Shown here: positions 56,401 through 64,000 of the stretch, piece after piece
How the letters are laid out: the number at the start of each line of letters is the position of its first letter
How positions within the stretch are numbered: position 1 is the stretch's first letter
Assembly (NCBI GenBank): GCA_002269645.1
Contig: NIVC01003779.1
Span: forward strand, 13,132 to 77,131
Direction of reading: 5' to 3'
Origin: Macrostomum lignano
Lineage: Eukaryota
Length of the DNA stretch: 64,000 bases
Notes under the pieces: model-generated
Database searches by the model: none
The model's input: only the letters and a program-made list of their open reading frames with translations
What the model was told of the DNA's origin: nothing
Made by a program: the position numbers and the translations under genes

Positions 56401-59400
56401 AGCATCGCTCAGCTGGTCTGGGACTGCACTAGCATCGCCAAAATGGTCTGGGACTGCACTAGCATCCGCTAAAATGGTCTGGGACTGCACTAGCATCCGC
56501 CAAAATGGTCTGGGACTGCACTAGCATCGCTCAGATGGTCTGGGACTGCACTAGCATCCGCCAAAATGGTCTGGGACTGCACTAGCATCGCTCAGCTGGT
56601 CTGGGACTGCACTAGCATCGCCAAAATGGTCTGGGACTGCACTAGCATCCGCTAAAATGGTCTGGGACTGCACTAGCATCCGCCAAAATGGTCTGGGACT
56701 GCACTAGCATCGCTCAGATGGTCTGGGACTGCACTAGCATCCGCCAAAATGGTCTGGGACTGCACTAGCATCGCTCAGCTGGTCTGGGACTGCACTAGCA
56801 TCGCCAAAATGGTCTGGGACTGCACTAGCATCCGCCAAAATGGTCTGGGACTGCACTAGCATCCGCCAAAATGGTCTGGGACTGCACTAGCATCCGCCAA
56901 AATGGTCTGGGACTGCACTAGCATCCGCCAAAATGGTCTGGGACTGCACTAGCATCCGCCAAAATGGTCTGGGACTGCACTAGCATCCGCCAAAATGGTC
57001 TGGGACTGCACTAGCATCCGCCAAAATGGTCTGGGACTGCACTAGCATCCGCCAAAATGGTCTGGGACTGCACTAGCATCCGCCAAAATGGTCTGGGACC
57101 GTACTAGCATCGCCAAAATGGTCTGGGACTGCACTAGCATCCGCCAAAATGGTCTGGGACTGCACTAGCATCCGCCAAAATGGTCTGGGACCGTACTAGC
57201 ATCGCCAAAATGGTCTGGGACTGCACTACTCTGGGAGTATATCGCCACTCAAATAAACTACAAAGACGATTGCCCCCCGACACGCCTGAACAAAATTCAG
57301 GAATACAGTCACTTCTATCAGAGAATACAAAATATTTTCGATTCCGTAAGGCTTAAAAGTATCGATTTGAGTGTCTCTATCCAGGTTTTTGTAAGTTACA
57401 TCTTTACAACTATTAGAAGCAGTTGATCAGAGAATAAGATGAAATGACGACTAACATCGTAGTGGTCGTTGTAGCAGCAGCCGGTGATTCTGAGCACCAC
57501 ATCCGTGATCGGCTCGTCAGCGGGCAGACTGTCGTCCTTAAGTTGCCTGACAAACTCCCAGTCGTGAAGAGCGCTTTTCTTCAAGCTAAACTTCAGCTGA
57601 CGATCGCGAAGCGTCAGGCCAATGATGGCGTCCTCACTGGCGTCGTCATGCAGGGCCAACCAGACGGCCTGCTCGCAGCCGGGACGGTGCAGGAAGCTGA
57701 CCTCCAGGTGGTCGAAGCTGGCGTGCCGCATCGGCAGGCGAGACCGGAGCAGCGTCTCCAGCGTCACCGGCTGATCCGAAGACTTTTCTTCGTCGAATCT
57801 GGGCCGGCTGGCCGCGACCAGCAGGTTGCCCTGCAAAGAGGCTGGCAGGCCAGACACCACGTCGAATGCCTTGGATGCGAAGGTCGGGTAGACGCGACAG
57901 AAGTGGCGCCACATCTTCGCCACGGTTTTCTTCCACAAGAAGCAGTGCTCGCAGGAGAAGGAGTTCTGGTATCGGTCTATCCAGTCGTGCTGCGGAAACG
58001 GCGCCAGACGGTACCACATGAAGCGCCACTCGGCGTCGGTCATCTGCTTGGCGCGGCACTTGCTGCAGCTCTTGTGGTTGGCGAGTGTCCGGCCGACCTC
58101 CGGTACCGAAAAGGTGTTCTTTAGGCCCGAGTGAAAGCATTCACCGCGGCAGTAGACTCGCAGCTGCGGAGTTGATCCGGTTGGGTCGTGGTCAATTGGG
58201 TTGCGGCCAGTGAGGTTGTGGTCAATTGGGTTGCGGCCAGTGAGGTTGTGGTCAGTTAGGTTGCGGCCATTGAGGTTGTGGTCAATTGGGTTGCGGCCAG
58301 TGAGGTTGTGGTCAGTTGGGTTGTTGTTAGGTATTTGGTTATGATCGGATGGGTTGTGTTCGGTTGGATTGTAGACATTTGGGTTGCGGTAAGTTGCTGG
58401 GTTGCCGTCAGTTGCTGGGTTGGTGCCAGTTAAGTTGTGGTTAGTACTGAGACCACTAATCTACACAACAAACGGCAAACCATTTCTCCTACCGTCAATT
58501 ACCTTCGATGGCCCCTCACTCAGATCACCCTTCACCAAACCTTGCCTCACATCTAAATACGCGTTGCACGTCATTACACCATTCATTGCAAAATTCTAAG
58601 CACCTTAAAGCCTGTATGCACGCATAATTATGATGAAGCAATAATTAATGCTCTATAAAAACGCACCTTGTGATGCAGGTAGGGATACTCGGCAGCCACG
58701 GACTCCAAGGTGGTCAGCAGGTCGCTGAAGCAGGACCAGATGTACTCTTTGAGCGAGTCGCTGTTGGCCCCTGGCACAGTTTCATTCATGCGGCACTCGA
58801 AGTCAATGGAAGACGAAGCCAGGGCTGCGGTGCGGTGCGGATTTTAGGAGTCGTTTTGCAAAGGGAAACACTACTCAGAAGCAGAAACTACAAAGCTTAT
58901 CCCTCCCGTTTAGTGTAGCTGTAGCTGGGTCACGGAATAACAGTGAAGGAAAAAGAAAGATTGAGGCGGCTCATTTATGCATTCCCAATTTACGCTCTTG
59001 TGGAATAGCTCCATCAATGGACGAACTCTTGGCTTTAACTAATGTTAAATTTACATTAAATACTGAATGCATCTGGACTGCCTAGGAACGAAATTATCTC
59101 ATTCATTTTGGATATCAATTGTCGAAGCAAATGAGATTTCAAACGTGACTTAATAATCATTATTTTAATTATGCCCAGGAAGGAGATGAAAGCGCGAATT
59201 ATGGCTGCGGTAACTTGCGATAAGAAGAGATAGGCATGCATTCAGCTTCCCGCAGAATTTTACATCTTTAAAGAGAGAATCGGGACTTTTTGCTATTCAG
59301 CACTGTGGTGGAGTCGCTTTGGGCGCTGCCGTGGATCAAGCGGAGGACCCTTCAGACCCTTCAGCGCAGGCATACTATTTTTTATTAAAGGCAGGGGCTG

Positions 59401-62400
59401 TGGGCACCCTGGCGCACTTTAAGCGACATTGTCACACAACCGGCGAGAGGCATTGCTGCCCATTCCGCCGACTCCCCTGAGCAGGCACACAAGCGCGCGG
59501 ATGCGTACGCAGTGATACGCACAGGCACACAATCACACAGGAGTGTACAGCGGCCCTAACTTTATTTATCGTTAGGCATGTACACTTCACTGTGCCTTGG
59601 GGGTTGTCCATCAAGGACGTTATTTACACGAGCAGAGCCAAGCCGAGATTCCAATTTAGCCCCAAATTAATGCGACTGCACTTGGAATCGAGCCTGGCAC
59701 ATCAGAGCGCTTCGCTGGACCACCGGGCTACGGCCCCTGCGCTCGCAGGCACACACTCGGCCCTAACCTTTTCGTTGTCAAACATGTACACTCTCTGTGC
59801 CCTTGGGGTCGGGGACGGATGGCCATGGGGCGAGCTTCGCAGCACGAATCAGATTTTTGCGCACGAGTCCCAAATTAATGTGGCCGCGCACAGAATCGAC
59901 TTTGAGTTGAACGCATTTGCCGCTGAGCTGCTCTGCCTGCTACACCCAGGGCTCACTCGAATGCAGGCCGTAGGTGCAGAGGATGTCGCAGACTCCGCGC
60001 TGCACGTGCATCCCGGTGCGCCACACCTGCACCACGCCGGTGGCCACGGGACTCTGCATGCAGGCGGTGGCGAACCTCGCCAGCAGGTTGGCGGGAAAGC
60101 CGACGCGGAACTTCACGGAGAACAGCAGGCAAATATCGCCGGGTGGGAAGTCCTCGGACTGCAGGTCCGGCATGTACATGCTCTTGTGGTGCCGCATGGA
60201 AAGCTTCTCTTCCGTGGCGCTGAATCGGATGGACACGCGGGGCTCCAGGCGCGACCAGAGGAAGTAGCGCCGGCTCGAGGCCTCCGCTGCGTGCTGAAGG
60301 CGGGCGACCCGGCCGGCCTGGGTGGACTCGCGAACCGTGTCCGTGTGGCCGAGCAGGCCGAAGCGAAGGAGGATGCGGCGCAAGGTCTCAGCCTGTGGAA
60401 GTTTGGTTTTTGCATCGCTAAGCATTAAGTTATTACTAATATGATGGACCCTCGATACCTTAGAAACGTTATGGTCAACGATTTAGTTCATCAGATTGCT
60501 ATTTGAAGCCATCTGTGCGCACGTCGCAAACATTAACCAGATGGCTTGTCCGACATCACCAGACACATGAAAACAACTTCATAAACAATAGAAAAACACG
60601 TGCTAAGTCGTTCTAAAGCAAATAAACAGAAAAGCATTTCCAGAGACATACTTCATTTCCGTGGTGGCAGCTTTGAGGAATCACTAGTCAATAGTCATAC
60701 TGTCGCCTTTTGAGCTCTTTCAGGAATTAGTATTCATAGCTCACAAAATGCATGACTCACCTCATCCTCGGTGGCTCCGGCAGCCAGCAGTTCAGCGCGC
60801 AGCTCCGCCTCGCTGAGGGCCGGCACATTGCGGCCGAGCGTCCAGCAGCTGTCGCCGTTGCGGTAGTCGGCGATGGCATCGAGATGGGCTAGACAGGACA
60901 TGAACCAGGCCAGGTCCAGCACCACTGGCTGGTTCGTCCCTTCCGGGAAGAAAAGCAGCTTGCCCTGCGATTAAATTTTTAAGAACTGTGATTTTCTTAT
61001 CGAGTTTTACTACTCGTAGTAACAAGTACATAGCAGCAAATGAACCCTTTGGAAAGAATTTAAAATTATATACAGATTGCTACTGAATCTATCAAAATAT
61101 ATGTTATTTTTCTATCCTTCTATTCTTTGGGCAGACCAAGGCGCCGCAGTCCAGCAATCCCGCACCATTTGATGCAGCTTCTTCAGCAGCGCCACAGTCC
61201 GCCGGCTCTCTCGCTGCGGCAGGCCAAGCTCAGACATCAGCACATTCAGTGGGAAGATTCGCCGCCACGACTGCTGCTGCTGCTGTTGCGACTGCTGAGC
61301 AGCCAGAAAGTCGCTCAGCCGATCAGCCAGTTGCCAGTTGGACTCGGTGAGGCGACGCGTCTCCCACAGCTGCAGCGACTCGGCGGCTGTTCTGGCCAGT
61401 TGGGTCACGTGACGCGCCAGACGATTACTCTGAGGTAGACAGGTGAGGAGGCAAGTGGAAATCGCAAATTGCACATCAAGGCTACAGTTCACCCGCAGCA
61501 GTAAGGAGGGGCAAGCAGTGACGCTCATTCTGACACCTAAGCCTCTAAATTCTACATGCAAGTGAAATAAGGAACGAACTTTGTTATGTTCGACTGCTGA
61601 AACGAATTACTGTCTGTGATTCGTTTCTCATTTTAGTTTCGTACTGCTCGTTAGTAATAAATCCCTAGAATAGATTTCTCATTCGCTATGGAGTAATTCT
61701 CAATAGTTCCCGCCAGTCTAAACGTCACACAATGTACTCTTACCTCCTTTTCGATTCCTGCTGACTCAGCCACGGCTGCTCCAGCCGGATTCAGCTCCCG
61801 CTCGTGCTCCTTCACCAACAGCAGGTACTTGATCACCGCGTACACGTAGAGCCACATGCAGTTGATAATGTTAAACCACCGTTTCACCTGCGAGATGAGC
61901 GCTGTTTGTAGGAATTATAAATTAAATACGCAGAAGAAAGAATCAACTCTTACAGTTTCTCCAAAGGTCTCCCACTCTGGAACAAGGGCGGTCAGGTCCG
62001 CCAGCAGCTTGGCGTGTCTGCCCGAGAGAGACTCCGTCTGAAAGCGGATTTTTTGGGTTTGACTTAAGACGAATCAGGAAATTTTGGATTAGTTTACAAA
62101 GTGTCTCACAATGTAATTCGTGTCCTTGAAGCGCAACAGAAAGCGCGTCTCCGACACAAGGTTCTTTGCCGTTGGCCAGGCGTCGTCTTCCGTGAATGGA
62201 ATGTCGAATATGAGCATAACGCACTTCATTGTGGTCACTACGACGGGTGGAGGAGCCGAAAGGGAGCGCAACTGAAAGAACAGAATGAGCATTTACAACT
62301 GTTGATAATCTGTGCATTCAGATTCAGATTGCATGTCAGATTCAGCTAACACTGACCTCCATGAAGTCCGCCTTGGTGCACCGGTCCAACGCGTCAATGG

Positions 62401-63944
62401 CAAACATCTACAAACAAGTAAGCAGTTGTTCTTTGTTTTACAGTACTTGTACCCGTACTGTACTTGAAGTAGTCTATTCCTAAAGCAAATGGCGAACAAG
62501 CAACTTACGTAATCGTGCTCCGCCCAATACTGCACTTGAGCTTGTACGTTGGAGTCCACCTTTACTTCCCGGAGTGTAGTCTCGAATACCTGAGAATGTT
62601 TGAATTCAAATTCCGGTTTAAAAATCTGGCTCTTTCTGAGCCTAGTGTCTTTTTGAATACAAGTAGTTTTCATTTCACACCACCAGTCTTCATTGAAGCC
62701 TTCGACTGGAACGGCAACCAAAGTGATGGGAAAGTGGGTACATCCGCGCACTGAATCGACTGAACGTAACGCCACTGGTGCGGAAAGTCCTTGTCGTAGC
62801 AACTGAAGTTATGATTGAAGCAGCGTATTTCGTGTCTGAGAGATTATCTGATAGGCTGCTCAGAGCAAAAACGAAACTATTATTCTTACCTATTTAAGTG
62901 CTCCTTCTCCAAGTGCTCCTTCATGTTGTCTACCTGATCCCTGAGCATGTTTTCCAGTCGGATTTCAGCGAGGCAACATTCTCAACCCCTTTCTGGCTGC
63001 TCACCGTAGCGACTAAGAAGCAGCGGCGCTTCGAACACCTGCGACGGCGAGGCGCGTGACGATTAATGAAGGTGAAATACCTACGAGCGCACATTAAATG
63101 GACAGATCTGTCAGACTCACCGCTCCACTCGAACTGCGTCAATCATTCGCATAATTTCTAGCTGGGGATTCTCTGTGCGCTCCGCATCCACTACCAGCAC
63201 GAAACCGGCTGTGTTGGACATGAACAGCGAGCTGTACACTGAGCAAGGGTTTGGCGAAAAGTAATTGGGGACTAAGTACGATTCTAAACATTTGAAAATC
63301 GTCCTCATCTGCGATGCCTATGGTCAAGCACAGGCTAAACTATTTTAAACAAATTCATAGATTTAACAAGGTTTTGAATTAGGCAAGACCTATTGATCTC
63401 TTTAAGGCACTGTGCCCTGCGTGCTATACGCTTTAATATTTTATTGCAAATATATATTAATAACTTTCGATCATTGCACTTATTTAGAGAGGCTTGAAGC
63501 CTACGTAGTAAGAGCGTCGGACTCAAGACTGAAAGGTCGGGGGTTGGATTCTCGACCCACTCGAACAATTTGTGTCCTTGAGCAGGACACTTAACTCTGC
63601 ATTGCTTCAGTTCACCCAGCTGTAAAATGGGTGCCAGCATTAGCTGGGGTAACTGAGGGGGTGTGTATGGCGACCCCCCCCAGTCCGTGCTTGCTCGTGG
63701 GATCGACACACGCAAGGCTATCAAAACACGCTTGAATTCACTTCACCCAGTTTAACACTCCTTTCACTTGACCAGTGCACTTACTAGGTCTGCGCGCATC
63801 TCGAACACAGTCAGGTCCAGGTCGCCAACAGTGGCTGAGAGCGCTCGAAAAGTCGGTGGGGCTGCACAGACGACGTTACCGCCGATTTTGACGACGACGG
63901 CCTCGACTTGGAGCTGGAAGATGGCTGAGCTCCGCCCACCGCGC
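27717..63944 (-). CDS. Giant double-Roco protein: degenerate ROC+dynein MTBD, COR, linker/Tudor-like, LRR/EF-hand, ROC, COR, TIR, TIR, CaaX (about 2850 aa in window, 5' incomplete)
   Basis: Exons 5'->3': ~63785-63944, 63121-63238, 62934-63038, 62742-62802, 62357-62407, 62110-62271, 61954-62037, 61744-61887, 61166-61429, 60761-60964, 59957-60392, 58667-58824, 57456-58163, 57230-57285, 55785-55914, 55271-55490, 55087-55178, 54873-54914, 54435-54675, 51174-51304, 51011-51076, 50802-50942, 49105-50250, 48481-48646, 47307-47712, 42970-43076, 42814-42892, 42242-42388, 40248-40606, 40004-40151, 39815-39932, 38081-38270, 36920-37253, 32508-32765, 31932-32042, 29602-29799, 29200-29307, 27717-28631. 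All GT-AG and phase-compatible except the first junction and a 1-nt deficit in 49105-50250. Single-gene continuity is inferred from splice logic only. Confidence 0.7.
28706..29185. repeat. 15-bp minisatellite (GTAGACTGGGAAATG), about 32 copies, intronic
   Basis: Near-perfect units filling intron 28632-29199. Confidence 0.95.
29602..32765 (-). CDS. Roco gene TIR domain 2 (3 exons), catalytic-type
   Basis: DVFISYCW (box 1), LSCWIDIE (box 2), CKLVVACLSDE|YVASKNCQMEYRFA, RPMVICVVG. Confidence 0.88.
29815..31035. repeat. About 21-bp minisatellite (CTAGACTAGATACCAATCTCA), intronic
   Basis: About 1.2 kb of tandem variant units. Confidence 0.95.
31400..31800. repeat. Pyrimidine-rich minisatellite (TCTCACCTGTTCC / CTCCCTTCTCATTTC), intronic
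   Basis: Directly visible. Confidence 0.85.
32145..32432. repeat. 20-bp minisatellite (CACAGTGATCTGCAGAGATT), about 14 copies, intronic
   Basis: Tandem units in intron 32043-32507. Confidence 0.95.
32770..33575. repeat. GT-rich compound minisatellite (about 78-bp units, then TTTTGAGGTGTGTGATGGG), intronic
   Basis: Tandem units that start right at the acceptor of exon 32508-32765. Confidence 0.9.
34611..35882 (+). CDS. Intronless class A peptide-receptor-like GPCR (FMRFamide-receptor-like clade), about 423 aa, nested antisense in Roco intron 32766-36919
   Basis: Seven hydrophobic segments, N-terminal NGS/NDS sequons, TM3 RNWSLVMIAGSRC (DRY replaced), TM4 VCAPRLFE, TM6 FIICELP, TM7 DSFTNFIIYSSTSNTFR. 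The frame is open from 34374, but ATG 34611 is the likelier start. Confidence 0.9.
   Translation: MLAYVAVNGSCLNDSGSSEGPAGGAANVYLYIACVLSYLNALTNGFSLIVFILDKKNVIMGRLLLLLSLSETVLNIGFAVNLTVMLTVMADAGRQAFDSPLRPQMITCAFFLSFAIANAFIMVRNWSLVMIAGSRCEVVSNPFSTRRGQLFSHRRSQACYALTLILSLLVCAPRLFEFTWTICEYPAENNSTETTVYSLTTATHHILDKNPSYRHYKTLLVFPLQTIAPIFLISGLSLVIIFILRRRRLLQQNSGGSAGSGSGRGGGGASGSGSRSQDAATKTVMILMFSFIICELPTFLFFILNQTIFASMRGFNQIRMHTTFLANILLSADSFTNFIIYSSTSNTFRETVRRMLHLPDRRQGRSNNYNYYNNHLQNNNYSMLSREANALRRAEAAAAATAAPSHIEDAALAPLKWHPGGAD
36920..38270 (-). CDS. Roco gene TIR domain 1 (2 exons), degenerate
   Basis: DVTLIFCCA...IQAGLETAGLSV...SGCCLCLISNEFVLSDTCAQYLSLA...KKPLVLGLVGSG..W parallels TIR2 but lacks the Glu after S..C. 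Confidence 0.75.
37676..38097. repeat. 47-bp minisatellite, about 9 copies, containing the exon end and 5' splice site
   Basis: Each unit (minus strand) reads CTGCCGGCTTATCTGT|GTGAGTATAG..., identical to the true donor at 38081/38080. Confidence 0.9.
38612..39510. repeat. 56-bp minisatellite, about 16 copies, intronic
   Basis: Unit CACTGTGGACTGAGTGTCTGACGGTTGTCCAGCCCCAATGCTGAGTATCTGTGTG; source of three long repeat ORFs. Confidence 0.95.
39815..43076 (-). CDS. Roco gene COR domain 2 (6 exons)
   Basis: GEHVPEAWLNFEKAI, AVQFLHDMGSLQHF, VIINPQWLVDVM, VVPCLLP, YTFDYLPAGLFNRAQVRL, IWQRGSLL, VPCIDC. Confidence 0.9.
40682..40935 (+). mobile_element. tRNA-derived CORE-type SINE, family 1 (intronic)
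   Basis: A-box TAGCCTAGAGG, B-box GGTTCGATTCCC, CORE-like body and the same 3' tail as the copy at 4847. Confidence 0.85.
41498..42150. repeat. 30-bp minisatellite (TGTGCTCAAGGCTCAACAGCTACTCGACTT), about 21 copies, intronic
   Basis: Tandem units. Confidence 0.95.
42410..42790. repeat. 12-bp minisatellite (TTAATCCTGCTG), intronic
   Basis: Fills intron 42389-42813. Confidence 0.95.
44520..45000. repeat. Degenerate CT-rich repeat (CTCTCTCTAATCCATCTAAT), intronic
   Basis: Recurrent degenerate units are visible. Confidence 0.75.
46828..47190. repeat. 23-bp minisatellite (CAGTACATTCTGACCTCCCAGTA), intronic
   Basis: About 15 tandem units. Confidence 0.95.
47307..48646 (-). CDS. Roco gene intact ROC GTPase (2 exons)
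   Basis: G1 KLMFVGLGGAGKTS, G2 ITDGIDI, G3 VWDFAGQ, YYNTHQFFLTARAVYLLVW, G4 VVGTHCDK, G5 FSVSS. Confidence 0.95.
47775..48250. repeat. 35-bp minisatellite (GTTTGAAGCAGTGAAGTGACGATTTGACTCTGGGG), intronic
   Basis: About 13 tandem units in the intron that splits the ROC domain. Confidence 0.95.
49105..50250 (-). CDS. Roco gene LRR exon with Gly-rich insert, EF-hand and a 1-nt frameshift
   Basis: LxxLxLxxN repeats (LTNLELSRC, LINLQLHEN, LKFLNLSYN, LRTLVLDNN) and EF-loop DVNNDKILQAQE. Exon length is 1146 nt where flanking phases need 3n+1. Confidence 0.85.
52128..53759 (+). CDS. TTLL10: Intronless tubulin-tyrosine-ligase-like enzyme, closest in motif pattern to TTLL10 polyglycylase; nested antisense in Roco intron 51305-54434
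   Basis: WIVKPHNYAKGEGI, VVQCYMTDPMLLSGKKFDLRVFLL, GYVRL, HLTNQAVQAK...KEDTIW, FSLLGLDVLVD...PWLIEANADP. 543 aa with QP and polyQ tracts. TTL-family assignment is solid; the TTLL10 subfamily call is tentative. Confidence 0.8.
54435..57285 (-). CDS. Roco gene linker exons including a Tudor/Agenet-like barrel
   Basis: Six phase-compatible exons. 55271-55490 encodes FHPGMLLLFRTGVGQTWLPGVVTSIRDGLLEV...LFAVDSDDIRP, a Tudor/SH3-like pattern. Confidence 0.6.
56020..57229. repeat. 30/31-bp minisatellite (AATGGTCTGGGACTGCACTAGCATCCGCCAA), about 39 copies, intronic
   Basis: Tandem units that begin exactly at the predicted donor of exon 57230-57285. Confidence 0.95.
57456..61429 (-). CDS. Roco gene COR domain 1 (divergent) followed by a CxxC-containing region
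   Basis: LKKLHQM|GKLLFF...VVLDLAWFM, YFLWSRL, FRVGFPANLLARF, VWRTGM, SVAAEYPYL...LRVYCRGEC. CSKC and CEHC follow. Confidence 0.75.
58190..58320. repeat. 30-bp repeat x4 (GTGGTCAATTGGGTTGCGGCCAGTGAGGTT), intronic near acceptor
   Basis: Directly visible. Confidence 0.85.
59394..59900 (-). mobile_element. tRNA-headed SINE, family 2 (one long copy plus an adjacent partial copy), intronic
   Basis: Matches 11387-11712. Minus-strand A-box TAGCCCGGTGG and B-box-like GGCTCGATTCC at about 59685-59730; second partial body at 59740-59900. Confidence 0.75.
61744..62407 (-). CDS. Dynein-heavy-chain-type microtubule-binding domain (4 exons) within the Roco gene
   Basis: IDALDRCTKADFMELRSLSAPPPVV..MKCVMLIF...WPTAKNLVSETRFLLRF...IINCMWLYVYAVIKY matches the recalled DHC stalk-tip pattern AL..L.K.DI.ELKS...PP.AV...W..AKK.L...FL..L...GLC.WV.A..KY. 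Confidence 0.8.
62742..63944 (-). CDS. Degenerate ROC-like domain (G3-G4 region), 5' incomplete
   Basis: DLDLTVFEMRAD (G3 position), YSSLFMSNTAGFVLVVD (parallels HQFFLTARAVYLLVW), RRCFLVAT (G4 strand). The junction between 63785 and 63238 is not phase-resolved. Confidence 0.55.
63499..63686 (+). mobile_element. tRNA-derived CORE-type SINE, family 1 (3'-truncated, intronic)
   Basis: Same head and CORE-like body as the copies at 4847 and 40682; the tail diverges after CCCCCAGTCC. Confidence 0.8.
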
Positions 63945-64000
63945 CTGTAGAGCTAGGCGCGCCAATGCTGACGGTTACGGCCGGGTCGCAGATGATGGCC

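Noticed and set aside
57396-57455. Stop at 57396 as the true end of a separate upstream gene
   Set aside because: Disfavoured but not excluded. A GTTAGT donor at 57455 links in phase to exon 57230-57285, the next exons need an upstream partner, and I saw no AATAAA just after the stop. It could still be a minor terminal isoform.
61744-63944. A bona fide dynein heavy chain gene
   Set aside because: Only the MTBD is present. Flanking exons look ROC-like and COR-like rather than AAA4/AAA5, and there is no long stalk coiled coil.

Overview
Eukaryotic (metazoan) genomic DNA, not prokaryotic: GC-rich GT-AG exons separated by introns packed with mini/microsatellites and tRNA-derived SINEs. The style and the RNW-type GPCR suggest a free-living flatworm such as Macrostomum (inference only). 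The dominant feature is a minus-strand exon chain from about 63.9 kb down to a stop at 27717. I traced it by hand through 38 exons with GT-AG junctions. Reading phase is compatible everywhere except one 1-nt frameshift (about 49560) and the unresolved first junction (63239-63784). It encodes about 2850 aa, with the N-terminus outside the window. Domain order: degenerate ROC-like domain carrying an inserted dynein microtubule-binding domain (MTBD), COR, Cys-rich/unknown and Tudor-like linker, LRRs with an EF-hand, intact ROC GTPase, COR, TIR (no catalytic Glu), TIR (catalytic Glu), CExxxxxH...WLCxxH domain, C-terminal CaaX (CQLL). Two intronless antisense genes are nested in its introns: a TTLL10-like tubulin ligase (52128-53759) and a peptide-receptor-type GPCR (34611-35882). 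Other genes: pseudouridine-5'-phosphatase PUDP/HDHD1 (12103-13980, minus), a C-type-lectin/CCP-like/mucin mosaic gene with three frameshifts (16400-25286, plus, 3' end unresolved) and a 5'-incomplete Cys-rich gene (2578-3525, minus). Most long ORFs in the supplied track are repeat artefacts or antisense shadows. All domain calls come from motif recognition by eye; no searches were run.
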